DNA from: Octopus vulgaris | Taxonomy: Eukaryota | Length of the DNA: 64,000 bases | Direction: 5' to 3' | Assembly (NCBI GenBank): GCA_951406725.2 | Contig: OX597822.1 | Coordinates: forward strand, 67,952,001 to 68,016,000 | In this document: piece after piece, positions 13,215 to 26,824 of the stretch | How positions within the stretch are numbered: position 1 is the first letter of the stretch | Layout of the letters: each line of letters opens with the position of its first letter | Notes under the pieces: generated by a model | Database searches by the model: none | What the model was told of the DNA's origin: nothing | Seen by the model: only the letters and a program-made list of their open reading frames with translations | Program-made: the position numbers and the translations under genes

Positions 13215-13570
13215 CTAAACTGCTTCCTAAGTAAATGGTTCCGTGTTCAGTCCCACTGCATGGCACCTCGGGTCAACAAATAATTATATGGATTTGATAG
13301 ATGATAAGAGAAAGAAGCCTATAGTATGTGTGTGTGCGTGTGTCTGTGCTTGTCCCCCATCACTGCTTGACAACCGGTGTTGGTGTGTTTACGTCCCCGT
13401 GACTTTGGTATTCGGCAAAAGAGACCGGTAGAATAAGTACCAGGTTTAGCAAAAACAAACAAAATTATTAAGTGCTGGAGTCGATTTATTCGACTAAGAT
13501 AATTCTTCAAGACGATGCCCCAGCATGGCCGCAGCCTAATCACTGAAACGCAAAAGATAAACGATAAAAG
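13215..13570 (+). mobile_element. Diverged SINE B
   Basis: GTTCAGTCCCACTGC...GACAACCGGTGTTGGTGTGTTTACGTCCCCG...CCAGCATGGCCGCAG. Confidence 0.75.
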
Positions 13571-13645
13571 ATACGTTTGTGTGTGTATGAATATGGGTGT
13601 AAATAAGAGCGTATATACATAAGAGTTATTGTACATGCTCCGCTA

Positions 13646-13810
13646 CAATAATCCCTCACGATATCGCATTCACCTATTGCGGTTTACCTATCGCGGTTCA
13701 CCTATCGCGGCTTATTATTTAAGCTTACGCCGATTCCTCCGTGGTGTTGTTTTGGATTTATAATAAAATAAATATACACAAATTATAAAAATAATTAAAA
13801 ATATATATAC
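13646..13810. mobile_element. Truncated Tigger-like MITE, same family as 53071-53301
   Basis: TA|CAATAATCCCTCACGATATCGC...TTATTTAAGCTTACGCCGATTCCTCCGTGGTGTTG; right end replaced by a SINE B head. Confidence 0.7.
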
Positions 13811-13812
13811 TG

Positions 13813-14165
13813 CAGGCGGAGGAGAGACTGTATGGTACGTAGCTTACTTAACAACCACATGGTCCCGGGTTCAGTCCCACTGCATGGCACCTTGGGCAAG
13901 TGTCTTCTACTATAACCTCGGGCCGATTAAAGCCTTGTGAGTGGATTTGGTCGACGGAAACTGAAAGAAGCCTGTCGTATATATATATATATATATACAC
14001 CATGAACACCGCCTTTAGTCGAGCAAATCGGCCCCAGGACTTATTCTTTGTAAGCCTATTATTTATTTCATCGGTTTCTTTTGCCGAACCACTAAGTTAC
14101 AGAGACACAAAGACACCAACATACGTTCTCAAGCGATGGTGGCGGGGCAAACACAGAAACACACA
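13813..14165. mobile_element. SINE B head half (+) joined to a SINE B tail half (-)
   Basis: Head at 13813-13985 on plus; tail portion at 14000-14165 inverted. Confidence 0.75.
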
Positions 14166-14381
14166 TGTATACATATATATATATATATACATGTGGTAAA
14201 CCTCGTTAAGACCAACCTACAAATGATAACATTTAACAGATTTATAATTCAAATGAATGTCTTCTATGCTGGAGATATAACTTAAAGCGAAGCAGTCTTA
14301 TTGGTTGTATTTTTAAAAGTCACCTGCAAGTATTACAACATTTGTAAACTAAATTTCAAAAGTAAACAAATACGTGTATGT

Positions 14382-14421
<40 letters not shown>

Positions 14422-14488
14422 TGTGTATGTTATGTCTGAAGGCAATATATATATGTGCATTTAAATATATATATATATATAGATATAG

Positions 14489-14557
<69 letters not shown>

Positions 14558-14606
14558 TATGTATGTGTATATATATATATATGTATATATATATGTATAT
14601 ATATAT

Positions 14607-14643
<37 letters not shown>

Positions 14644-14699
14644 GTATGCATGTATATATGTGTGTGTGTATACGTATGTATATGTATATATAAATATAC

Positions 14700-14730
<31 letters not shown>

Positions 14731-14776
14731 TATACTTGCTTTCAGACAAAAACACACACGAACACATAACCAATGC

Positions 14777-14840
<64 letters not shown>

Positions 14841-14943
14841 CGTGCGAGCGAGCGTGCGTGTGTTTGTGTAAGTATATATATGTTATGTCTGAAGGCAATA
14901 TATGTGTATATAAATATATATATACATATATATATATGTATAC

Positions 14944-14996
<53 letters not shown>

Positions 14997-15493
14997 TATA
15001 TATATATATATTTCCCTTCAGTCATAAAACACACAACACAAACACATACCCAAGCACGCACACATATCAGCAAGCGCATACACACACACGCACGCATAGA
15101 TGTATGCATATATGTATAGACATCACAAGGGGGTGAGTCTGTATGTAATATCCTACTTAATTAGCGACTTTATCAGCAAAAAAAAACGTTTTCTTTTCAC
15201 AAATGCAGACAGACGCACAAGGAGGTAAACATATAAACACAGGTATACGAGCTATATATATATATTTCTGTTACGTTTGTGTGTCATGGAACTTAGTAGA
15301 CTTTCAAATCGTGAATGTGAAATCAATTGACAGTTTCAATATCAGAAATGATACTAACGAACTAATGATTGAAGTGGTGACCTATGTTGCCATACCTCTC
15401 CACTGCACACATAAGTGTCGTCTCTTGTATATGTATATACATTTGCAACAGTGCGAGTTTGTTTTTATGATATGTATATATGATATATATATA

Positions 15494-15666
15494 GGCGCAG
15501 GAGTGGCTGTGTGGTAAGTAGCTTGTTTACCAACCACATGGTTCCGGGTTCAGTCCCACTGCGTTGCACCTTGGGCACAAGTGTCTTCTACTATAGCCTC
15601 GGGCCGACCAAAGCCTTCTGAGTGGATTTGGTAGACGGAAACTGAAAGAAGCCCATCGTATATATG

Positions 15667-15699
<33 letters not shown>

Positions 15700-15910
15700 T
15701 TGCGTGTCTGTGTTTCTCCCGCTAGCATTGCTTGACAACCGATGCTGGTGTGTTTATCTCCCCGTCAATTAGCGGTTCGGCAAAAAGAGACCGATAGAAT
15801 AAGTAATGGGCTTACAAAGAATAAGTCCCGGGGTCAAGTTGCTCGATTAAAGGCGGTGCTCCAGCATGGCCGCAGTCAAATGACTGAAACAAGTAAAAGA
15901 GTAAAAGAGT
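15494..15910 (+). mobile_element. SINE B, full length
   Basis: GGCGCAGGAGTGGCTGTGTGG...GACTGAAACAAGTAAAAGAGTAAAAGAG. Confidence 0.9.
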
Positions 15911-15984
15911 ATATATATATTATATATATATATGATGTGAATGAAGTTGGTGAGGTGGAAGAGTGGAGATAGTAAATAGAAACA

Positions 15985-16430
15985 ATGAATTTCAAATTTT
16001 AGTACAAGGCCAGCAGTTTTGGGTGAGGGGTCAGTCGATTACATCGCCCCAGTAATCAACTGGAACTTATTCCATCGACTTCGAAAGGACAAACGTCAAA
16101 GCCGACCTCGGTGGTATTTTAACTCAGAACGTAAAGACGGGCGCAATACCTAGTTCTTTATTACCCACAAGGGGCTAAACATAGAGGGGACAAACAAAGA
16201 CAGACATAGGTATTAAGTCGATTACATCGACCCCAGTGCGTAACTGGTACTTAATTTATCGACCCCAAAAGGATGAAAGGCAAAGTCGACCTCGGCGGAA
16301 TTTTGAACTCACAACGTAACGGCAGACGAAATACCTCTATGCATTTCGCCCGACGTGCTAACATTTCTGCCAGCTCGCCGCCGAAATACCGCTAAGCATT
16401 TCCCCAGCGTGGTAACGATTGTGCCATGAT
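15985..16430 (-). mobile_element. SINE A inserted in an older SINE A
   Basis: Inner copy at about 16151-16382 flanked by AATACC on both sides. Confidence 0.8.
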
Positions 16431-16809
16431 AGGAGAAAAACGGAAAGATAAGAAGAGAGACAGACAGACAGAGACAGAGAGAGATGAAATTGTTGTTAAG
16501 AAGGTTGTTTGAGTGCGGGTCAGAGGTAGTGAATGGGGAGAGGAAGTTACGTATGGTGGTGCAGGAGAGACAACTTAGTAGCTGAGGAGAATGATGAATG
16601 TAAAATGTAGGTGACATATTTGGATCGTTGGGAAGAGTAAAATGATGCTAACTGCTTTTCTTAAATAATAGGGATAGATCAATTTAATGACGATATCAGG
16701 TGCTACTTCCTTTCCAGTTTGACCAAGTTATTACTCTATGGCTCCAAGTTTCTGTGAGTGTTCATGACTACATACCGTTTTTAGAACTTTTAAGATAAAT
16801 TTCCTTTCC

Positions 16810-16868
<59 letters not shown>

Positions 16869-17254
16869 TTTTGACACAATTTCGGATTACACCCTTTTCC
16901 AATTTGATAATTTCTTGACTCGAGATTTTTTTTCTATTGGAACTATTTTGACGAGGTTTAAAGATTAGTTTTGTCCCAGAAATAGGGAAATATACTGGTT
17001 GGCAGTTGAATCTAAGTATTACTCACCAGCTTTCGAACACGCATGTTCTATGGTAAGTGTTCTTTGATCTGATCAATTTTCTATTATAATATTTCAAAAT
17101 GTAGTGAAACTCCAGTGATTTTTCCATAAAATTAAGTGTATTTAATTTGGTCAAGTATTACATTAGAGAGAGAACATAGCAATAGTCATGAAAAGAAGAA
17201 TATGGTAAGATTATGATCATCGTTCACCGAAGATAGTGAATGAATAACTATATA

Positions 17255-17291
<37 letters not shown>

Positions 17292-17688
17292 ATAACTGTA
17301 TGAATGTGTGTATATGTAATGTATAAGAATATGAGCTAATACGCGCAAATCAGCTGGGAGGTGAGCAAAAATGGAACAAGAACCGGTTGTTGATCTCTCT
17401 CTGTCTGTCTCTCTCTCTCTTTCATTCTCTATCTCTCTCTTTCTTTTTCTTTTTCTCTCTCTCTCTTTCTCTCTCTCTGTCTGTCTCTTTCTTTCTCTCT
17501 CTCTCTCTATTTCTGTATCTATCTCTCTTTCTTCCTATAGATAGATAGATATTTGTGTGTGTATATGCGTGTTTATGCATGTGCTTGTGTGCACGAGTGT
17601 ACATTTATGTATGTGTCTATATGTATTCATACATAAAATATACATCAAATATACTTATATAAAAAATAAATGCATACACACATATGTG

Positions 17689-17735
<47 letters not shown>

Positions 17736-17820
17736 ATATATATATATATATATAGATATTATGTATATATATATATGTGCATTCATATAGATATGCACAC
17801 ATACACATATATATATATAC

Positions 17821-17879
<59 letters not shown>

Positions 17880-18580
17880 GTATTATATATATATATATAT
17901 AAATATACATATACATACATATATGTATATATATATATATATGCACATACATATATACATATATACATATATATATATAGAAACACATATATATACATAT
18001 ATATTTGTGTGTATGTGTGCAAGCGTGTGTGTGTGTATGCGTGTGTTTGTGTGTGTTAACCATATAATCAATTACCAAACTGAAGTGAGGCACTTAACAT
18101 GTCTCTAATATAAGCTTTTATACTGGTAACATATTTTATGCAATTATTTTGATTAAGAACCTATATAAATCATTTGAATTCGTAGTGGTTGTAATAAATC
18201 TCTGTCTTATGGTCCTATTGTTCTTCCTTAATATTACATTATCAGACAAGTAAAAAAGAAATAAAAAGTACTGTCCAATCGCACACAAATTACCATGTGT
18301 GTGTGTGTACGTATGTGTGTGCGTGTGTGGTGTGTGTGTATGGTGTGTGTGTGTGCGTGTGTGTGTGTGTGTAGGTAAATAGATAAATAGATAGGTTGAT
18401 AAATACATTGATTAATAGATAGATAAGGCTACTTATGTGTATGCATATATATACATAGATAAAAATATATATATAGACAGATAAATACGTAGGTATTCAA
18501 AAATAAACCTAACTACACATATACCCCTACACGCGTGAATATATATATATATATATATATATAAGAGAGAGAGAGAGAGG

Positions 18581-18636
<56 letters not shown>

Positions 18637-18770
18637 TAAATGTATATGTATATATATAGATAGATAAGCGTATATGTATGTATATATATATATATATACA
18701 TGCTTATATATTCATGTATATATATATATATATATATACATATATATATGCATATATATACTTGTATATA

Positions 18771-18820
<50 letters not shown>

Positions 18821-18911
18821 CATCTGTGTCTATATACATATATATATATATAATGTGTGTGCTTGTGCATTTATATATATATATATATATGTGTGTATGT
18901 GTATTAGTGTG

Positions 18912-18964
<53 letters not shown>

Positions 18965-19544
18965 CATATATATACATATATACATGTATATATAATTCTA
19001 TATATGCTTGTATATTAAATTATATCGATTTTCCAATGCGTTTATCAGTGAGCCTCCTAGCGTATGTGTATGTCATGTGACTTCCTTTTTTACTAAACGA
19101 TAGTAAACCTTTGCAGTAATTCCTTTTGTAACACCAATAAACTTGAAATGTTGGCATTTCGCCCCGAAGATTCTCCTTTTGTTATTTTATTCCCTAAGTA
19201 TCGCCTTTTCTATATATAATTTGATTAATTTTACGAGTTTCTTATTGTTTCTTTTAGAAAGAAATTATTTGTATTCGTGTATATTCGTGTTTAAGTACGT
19301 ACGCAAACTCACACACATGTATGTATATACGTATGTATGTATGTATGTATTTATTTATTTGTATATGTATGCATTCCTATACATATATTTATTTATCATG
19401 CAAATACACACACTATCTCTATCTCTCTCTCTATATATATACACATATATTTACAATATATACATATATGTATACACATGTATACACACACACATATATC
19501 AGCCTTAGGTTTGAAACAAAAGAATAAATTAATAAATGTGTATA

Positions 19545-19599
<55 letters not shown>

Positions 19600-19600
<1 letters not shown>

Positions 19601-19790
19601 TTCTTTTCAGAGCGGGATAAAAAAATCAAGCCTGTAGAGATTTTTGAATATTCGAAGGCCTTACAGCTGTTTCCAGGATATTTATTATATCCCTTCATCT
19701 TGGAAACAGCTGTAAGACATATATATATCTATAAATGTTCTAAAATCTTCATACCCTTTGGGGTTTTTTATCTCATTCTGAAAAAATATA
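19600..19790. other. Inverted pair of hammerhead-ribozyme-like remnants (Penelope-type)
   Basis: Minus strand GATGAAGGGATATAATAAATATCCTGGAAACAGCTGTAAG (19660-19699); plus strand GGAAACAGCTGTAAG (19702-19716); diverged downstream flanks mirror each other. Confidence 0.55.
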
Positions 19791-19929
19791 TGATATATGA
19801 CCTGCGTTTGGACGCCTTATTCGCATAATCACCGAACCTGGAGCTTAAATATGGTCTATCCATAGCATTTACTCAGCATTACCTTACACCTTTGGGTCTT
19901 ATTGACACCGTTACTTCTCATAACCTTTC

Positions 19930-20030
19930 ATAAATTCACTCCACAATTGCCCACGGGCATATGGAGTGGTGATCAAGAGCGCGGGCTCCTAACCCGAAGA
20001 TTCCGAGTTCGATTCCAGGCAGTGACTTTC

Positions 20031-20064
<34 letters not shown>

Positions 20065-20190
20065 CAACAACATCGAAAAATACCTTAACAATGAGAACCC
20101 AGGTTCGAAATTTCGATGAGGACAAATATCCGTCAAATGTAAATGATGTAAGTAATGTACATAATTCCTCACCTCTTAAATATAGAAGTG
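19930..20190 (+). mobile_element. Solo copy of the tRNA-headed Penelope-like terminal repeat, hammerhead segment deleted
   Basis: Colinear with 28020-28323 except that GAAATTTC joins directly to GATGAGGACAAATATCC. Confidence 0.75.
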
Positions 20191-20284
20191 TAATTTGAAT
20201 AGCTATCCATAAAAATAGCTCGGTGAAATACCTCAAGTGAGTAATGTCATACATTTAGACAAGTGAGACTTGTAGTAGTGGACG

Positions 20285-20925
20285 TATTCTTTTCTACTCT
20301 AGGCACAAGACCCGAAATTTTGGGTGAGTGGCCCACTCGATTAGATCGACCCCCATTGGTACTTATTTTATCGACCCCAAAAGGATGAAAGGCAAAGTCG
20401 ACCTCGGCGGAATTTGAACACAGAACGTAAAGACAGACAAAATACTGCTAAGCATTTCGCCCGGTGTGTTGACGTTTCTGCCAGCTCGCCGCCCTACTAT
20501 AACTGTATATTCTTTTCTACTCTAGGTATAAGGCCCGAAATTTGGGGGGAGGGAGCGAATCGATTAGATCGACCCCAATGGTACTTAATTTATCGACCCC
20601 CGAAAGAATGAAAGGTAAAGTCGACCTCGGCGGAATTTGAACCGTGAGTGTAAAGACACGAAATACCGCTAAGCATTTCGTCCGGCGTGCTAACGTTTCT
20701 GCCAGCCCACCTTCCGACAACCACTATATATTTTTTTCTACTCTACACAGAAGGCCCGAAATTTTGGGAGATGTGGTCAGCCGATTAGATCAACCCCAGC
20801 ACGCAACTGGTACTTAATTTATCGACCCCGAATTTATGAAAGGCAAAGCCAACCTCTCGGCGGAATTTGATCTCAGAACGTAAAGACAGACGAAATACCA
20901 CGAAACATTTTGTCCGGCGTGCTAA
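20285..20925 (-). mobile_element. Three head-to-tail SINE A copies (A2 tail)
   Basis: Repeated TTCTACTCTAGGCACAAGGCCCGAAATTTTGGG-like tail plus core. Confidence 0.85.
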
Positions 20926-22029
20926 ATAAAATGAAGCGTATTGTTCAAGAGCACAACACACAGCCCATTGCGGGAATTGATCACACTACCTCATGATTGT
21001 GAAACGAACCCTCTAACCACTGACCAATATGCTTTATATTGGTACTGGACCTATTGATGTACGTAAAAGTTTTAAAACTACTGATAATTGATTATTAGTT
21101 CGAAGTAGATAAAATGAAAATAATTATCAGTAGTTTTTTTAAGATTCTCAGTGAAGTGAGGTGTTTATTACAAGAGACAAAGAATTGCTGGCACAGCAAG
21201 TAATTATGGATAACTGTGACGGTTAGTAATTTCCGTAGTCAGAAGAATAAATAAAAGAAGGGACATAACTCTCATGAGGGACATTGATATGAATTTCGAA
21301 AATCAGGAAGGTGCTGACTGGAGTGAATTCAATTCATGCAATTATCACTTTCCCAGTTATTTCCCTTAGCGTATTTTGTACATGCGTGTGTGTGAGTGTA
21401 TGTGTGTGTGTGTGTGTGTGAGTGTGCACGCGTATGCGTGTCTGTGTGTGTGTACATATACATATACATACATAGATATAATATACATACACATATGTGT
21501 GTTCATACATTTACCTATCTACATACATAAATATATGTAAGTATGCGCACACCTGTATGCGTGTGTGTGTGTGTGTTTTGATGTGTGTGCATGCGTGTAT
21601 ATATATATATATACATATATATATAATATATATATGTATCCTAGATTCAAGGCTACTTCATTGAAATTTCAACATCAACAACAGTGTTTTCGTATATATG
21701 CATGTATGTATGTATGTATGCATGTATATATGTATGTATGTAAGTATGTGTGTATGTATGTATGTATGTATGTATGTATGTATGTATGTATGTATGTATG
21801 TATATGAACAATGCTTTCTCTTCGTGTATAGAACTTCTGAATATTTTAACAAACGGTGGTGGTGGTGGTGGCGGGACTAGTCGATTGCGTCGATTCTAGT
21901 CTTCGGCTCGTACTTATTTCCTCGATGCAAGAAGAATGAAAGTCGAAGCCGACCTCGGCGGAGCTTGAACTCAGAACATAAAAAAGAGTGAGATACCTCG
22001 AAACATTTTGTCCAGCGTACTAATAATCA

Positions 22030-22650
22030 TTTTAAGGAAGAGTGATTCGATGCCAGAGACAGAAGCGTTCATCTGTAAGAACAAGCGCTTAGGAAACAAT
22101 TACTTTCAATATATGGTTGACAATACTGTAGAACGTGACAAGTGCGTTGTGTACAGTTATGTGTGGCGTTTTGTGAAAGGGTGCAGGAAGCTAAGCCAAA
22201 AAGAATACCAAAAAAAAATAAAAAGACACGATGTTGTCGCTAGAATGATTCTTTGGGAGCTGTGTGGCAAGTATGGATTAGATAGAGCAAAGATGTGATG
22301 TGGGAAAACCTCAGAAGGAATAATCGAGAATCCGTGAAGCAAAATTTGTTGTTTGTTTTTTTATGTAAACTCTTAAAAATGATGGAAGCAAGTCAGTACA
22401 ACCGGTGATGCGCACACGATAATTATAGGACTGGAAATATATTTAAGGAAAAATAAAGAGATGGCAATAATGGCTGTGAAGAAGATCAATGGCAAGTATA
22501 TTGGAAATTGAGAATGATTACATGCCAAAAGGCTAGAAACAGCTGAAAGAAAGACAGAAAACTTGGAAAGAAAAATGGTGTCGAATAGGTTGTTCCTCAC
22601 AAGAATGTAATGGAGTTGGAGTTATCTGAAAGATGAATGATTAAAGAGTT
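22030..22650 (+). mobile_element. Decayed R4/Dong-clade LINE fragments
   Basis: Translation PETEAFIC..CRKLSQKEY..KRHDVVARMILWELCGKYGL, the zinc-knuckle/RHD region of RLE-type LINEs. Confidence 0.75.
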
Positions 22651-22926
22651 ATATATAAATCCGTTTTATGATTTCGCTAGATCCAGCGGTTCAAACAGAA
22701 GCAGAAAAGAAAAAGTTCTGGAGAAAGCAAGGCAGTAGGTTTTCAGAGAAGATGCCTTCCTTCTGTCGGTGTTTTGATTCCTATCTCCTTGCACGTTAAG
22801 GTCACTGGGTCGCATACAGGTCTTGACTTCTGGGTTTCTCTTTCTTGTGCTTTCGTGTATCACGGATCCCGAGCTCAGAGCTTGTGTCATTTCTTCTCAA
22901 TCTGGATGTCTTTGACACTAACGTTT

Positions 22927-23140
22927 AGGCGGCAAGCTGGCAGAAACGTTAGCACGCCGGGCGAAATGCTTAGCTGTATTTCGTCTGCCGTTACGTTCTG
23001 AGTTCAAATTCGGTAGAGGTCGACTTTGCCTTTCATCCTTTCGAGGTCGATTAAATAAGTGCCGATTACGCACTTAATACCTTTGCCTGTCCTTGTTTGT
23101 TCCATCTATGTTTAGCCCCTTGTGGTCAATAAAGAAATAA
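22927..23140 (+). mobile_element. SINE A (internally deleted)
   Basis: Head and tail match the family; TAACGTTT flanks both sides. Confidence 0.85.
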
Positions 23141-23469
23141 GTAACGTTTTACTCCTAACTTCAGTGCCTTGACGTTGTATCTGCGAGCGCAGTGAGCCTC
23201 TTCTCATTCACTAGTGTTTTCGGTGATCCTTTATCGTCTTGAAGATATTCATGCTTTAGGGATATTCATGCGTGAGAGAAGTTCCCTCTGCACAGGCACA
23301 TGGGAATCCCATTAGTGATTTACTCATAACACCGATGTATTTGCCATTCTTTCCAGGATCGTAAGTCACCTGTATCTTCAGCAAGTCTTTCAGTTTTTAA
23401 TTCCTTGCACTCGAAGGGATCCATGCCACATCCGGCTCATAACTCCTGGATGTATGTCGTCTGTCACCT

Positions 23470-23680
23470 TTATTAAAGCACAAATAGACAAAAGACAGTA
23501 ATATGGTAAGTGTGGAATATACGACAGAACAGACGCTTGTATCAATCATGTAATTGTTTAATGGAACAAGATGGCGCAATAGGAATATTTAAGAAGACAT
23601 GACAGAACAGCGAGCAAAACAAGCTTGAAAGTTAGTAGGAAATGTGGATTTAAAATAGAGAAATGCTGCCTGTAGTCAGA
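23470..23680 (+). mobile_element. Decayed R4/Dong LINE fragment
   Basis: IKAQIDKRQ*YGKCGIYDRTDACINHVI..MAQ*EYLRRHD. Confidence 0.65.
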
Positions 23681-24309
23681 TCATGTGCAATTTCACAATG
23701 TTGTATTGATTACTTATTCATATAATTCAATTTACCTTATATTTCCGTTATTGCTTGATTTTTTTCTTGGTATTTCTTATATCCCTACTGTCTAAGTGTT
23801 TTTTGTGTATGTGCGTGAATGAGTATTTGGAGTTGATATATTTATAACCAAAATAAGAATAAAAAGGAAATATATATATATATATATATACCGTTAAGAA
23901 CATTCAATTATGAAATGTACTGTCTCGGACAGACACAAAGATGCAGAATTTCACAGACATTCACAACTATACATCTCTGCTTAAGAGCCTATATATTATA
24001 TGCCAAGGACTTCTTGAGAGTTTATATCTCTATTTATATAGAATCCAACTATATCTGAACATCAGCAACAAAGCCTTCCCGTTGCTCAGACTTAAGGTAT
24101 CTATTTCCATTCTTTCAAAATCTTCTGCTTCTTCCATCACCGTAACCACCATCATGTGTTCAAATAAGTCTCGTCCAACATTGAGAACATCTGCGTTACC
24201 TCACATTTCTCTGAAATAATCAGTTTCAAGCTCTTTCTTTAGCATAATGAATTTTAGCTTTTATGATCGTCCCACAGTAACATCACTTAAGAAAAGGGTA
24301 AAATGTTAT

Positions 24310-24745
24310 ACTCTTTTTACTCATTTACTTGTTTCAGTCATTTGACCGTAGCCATGCTGGAGCACAGCCTTTAGTCGAGCAAATCAACCCCAGGACTTAT
24401 TCTTTGTAAGCCTAGTACTTATTCTATCGGTGTCTTTTGCCGAACCGCTAAGTTACGGGGACGTAAACACACCAGCATCGGTTGTCAAGCGATGTTGGGG
24501 TGACAAACACAAACACACACACACACACACACACACGCACGCACGCACACATACACACACACACATATATATACATATATACGACGGGCTTCTTTCAGTT
24601 TCCGTCTACCAAATCCACTCACAAAGCTTTAGTCGGCCCGAGGCTATAGTAGAAGACACTAGCCCAAGGTGTCACGCAGTGGGACTGAACCCGGAACCAT
24701 GTGGTTCTTAAGCAAGCTACTTACCACACAGCCACTCATATGCCT
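24310..24745 (-). mobile_element. SINE B, full length
   Basis: Family match. Confidence 0.9.
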
Positions 24746-24924
24746 AAGGTATAGTTAAGCAAAACGTCAAAAATAGTTTAAATAGCCGCTTATAAGTTCC
24801 ATCCTTCTAATAACTTGAATCGGAAAATTCCAGGATGGAAATTCAATCCCAGATTCCATTGATAGAATTGTTTCTGGTCTACAACCGCCTAGCAGAACCG
24901 CCAAACACTCTTACTCTACATACG

Positions 24925-25142
24925 GATTTCAAAATTTGGCACAAGGCCTGCAATTTCGGAGAAGAGGGTAAATCGATTATATCGACCCCAGTGCTCAGCT
25001 GCTACTTATTTTATCGACCCCGAAAGGATCTAAGGTAAAGTGTAGTCAACTTCGGTGGAATTTGAACTCAGAACATAGGGACAGAGGAAATCTCGCTAAG
25101 CATCTTGTCCGGCGCGGTAACAATTCCACCAGCTCGCTGCTC
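24925..25142 (-). mobile_element. SINE A (diverged)
   Basis: Family match. Confidence 0.75.
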
Positions 25143-25166
25143 TACTCTTACCCTAAATATTAACAA

Positions 25167-25520
25167 CGAGCAAAACACCCCGTCCAATGGACGGTGCTGA
25201 GTTGTCAAACATTTAAACCAAATTTTCTCAAAACAACTTGTCCGACCGTCCCATAGACCTTCCCTTTGAGAAACACTGATTTAACCTAAATTTGAGACAC
25301 CAGCAAAAGAAGAAATGAAGATAGATTTTTTTCCTATTCCAAAGAAAAACGATTTCCCACGGCTTTATCGATCGCATTCTCACCTGGAATCGATTTTTTG
25401 TAATTTTTTCAACTTATAAATTGCCCTTATACCGTCGGTATCTACATATCAATCGGATGGAGGATGCCCAAGATCCTAGAAGACACACACAGACAGACAG
25501 AACGGATTTTATATAAGAGA
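25167..25520 (-). mobile_element. Non-autonomous Helitron-like element
   Basis: Minus strand A|TCTCTTATATAAAATCCG (TCTG)n ... hairpin CCGTCCA-T-TGGACGG, then GGTGTTTTGCTCG|T; no TSD. Confidence 0.65.
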
Positions 25521-25754
25521 TATGCTACTTTTTATCTCCAGCCACACACACCTTTACTTATTGTATAATAAATGTGGAAACATTTCTCGTATCTTCGGTA
25601 AAAAGCTGAATATCAGCGTAAAGTGGTAGCGATACCTGATAAGTTTAATAAGAATTTTTCTTCTACTATAAAATTTCTCTTAGCACCAAAACACTCAGAA
25701 ATGCATACACTAAAATGTTTCCCTGTGCAAAAGACTCGAAGTAACACGTAATCC

Positions 25755-25796
<42 letters not shown>

Positions 25797-25933
25797 CATT
25801 TGTGTTATATGTCAAACTTACCTAGTGAATACGCACACCAATATGTTTTCAGTTAAACTATAATACGAAAACATTTTTTCTGTGAAAACGTATTTTTATA
25901 TTTTCATTTTCATACATATAAATACATAGAATA

Positions 25934-26345
25934 GGCGCAGGATTGGCTGTGTGATAAGTAGCTTGATTACCAACCACATGGTTCCGGGTTCAGTCCCACT
26001 GCGTGGCACCTTGGGCAAGTGTCTTCTACTATAGCCTCGGGCCGATCAAAGCCTTGTGAGTGGATTTGGTAGATGGAAACTGAAAGAAGCCCGTCGTATA
26101 TATGTATATATATATATGTGTGTGTGTGTGAGTTTGTATATCTGTGTTTGTCCCCCCAACATCGCTTGGCAACCGATGCTGGTGTGTTTATGTCCCCGTC
26201 ACTTAGCGGTTCGGCAAAAGAGACCGATAGAATAAGTACTGGGCTTACAAAGAATAAGTCCCGGGGTCGAGTTGCTCGATTAAAGGCGGTGCTCCAGCAT
26301 GGCCGCAGTCAAAATGACTGAAACAAGTAAAAGAGTAAAAAGTGT
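25934..26345 (+). mobile_element. SINE B, full length
   Basis: Family match; likely TSD ATAGAATA. Confidence 0.9.
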
Positions 26346-26824
26346 ATAGAATAAAAAAATTTTTTCCCTATATCAAAAAGTTAAAATTGATTTTAATTAT
26401 ACAAAAATTTATAAGTATATAAAATCTGATGCATTTTCAAATTTTCAAAACTCCTTAAATTTTTGCATACAGTTTTCTTCCCTATACAGTCAAGACATCA
26501 CATAGACTTCAGACTTTTGCACTGTTCCAATGAACAGCAACATTCACTAATGGTGAAATGACAATCTAAATGCTTCCCACAGCAGACATAATGGCGGCAC
26601 ATAACATGGAATCAGTATTTGAAGCATGGACAACACACAACTAGAACCTTCACACTCTTTACAAAAGCTAAACCACACTATATCAGACGATCCTCTAATG
26701 GTGAACTCACACATCTGATATTACCAAATGTGCAACCAAAGGCCAGATTTTATCTTCAAGTCACAAAACACAGAAACTTCTCAGAAACATATTGTTTCTT
26801 CTTCCACTTTCTACTACCACTATA

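Noticed and set aside
16980-17052. Possible small exon (CCCAG ... ATG|GTAAGT)
   Set aside because: Splice-like signals alone are common by chance; the peptides are unrecognisable and no partner exons were found
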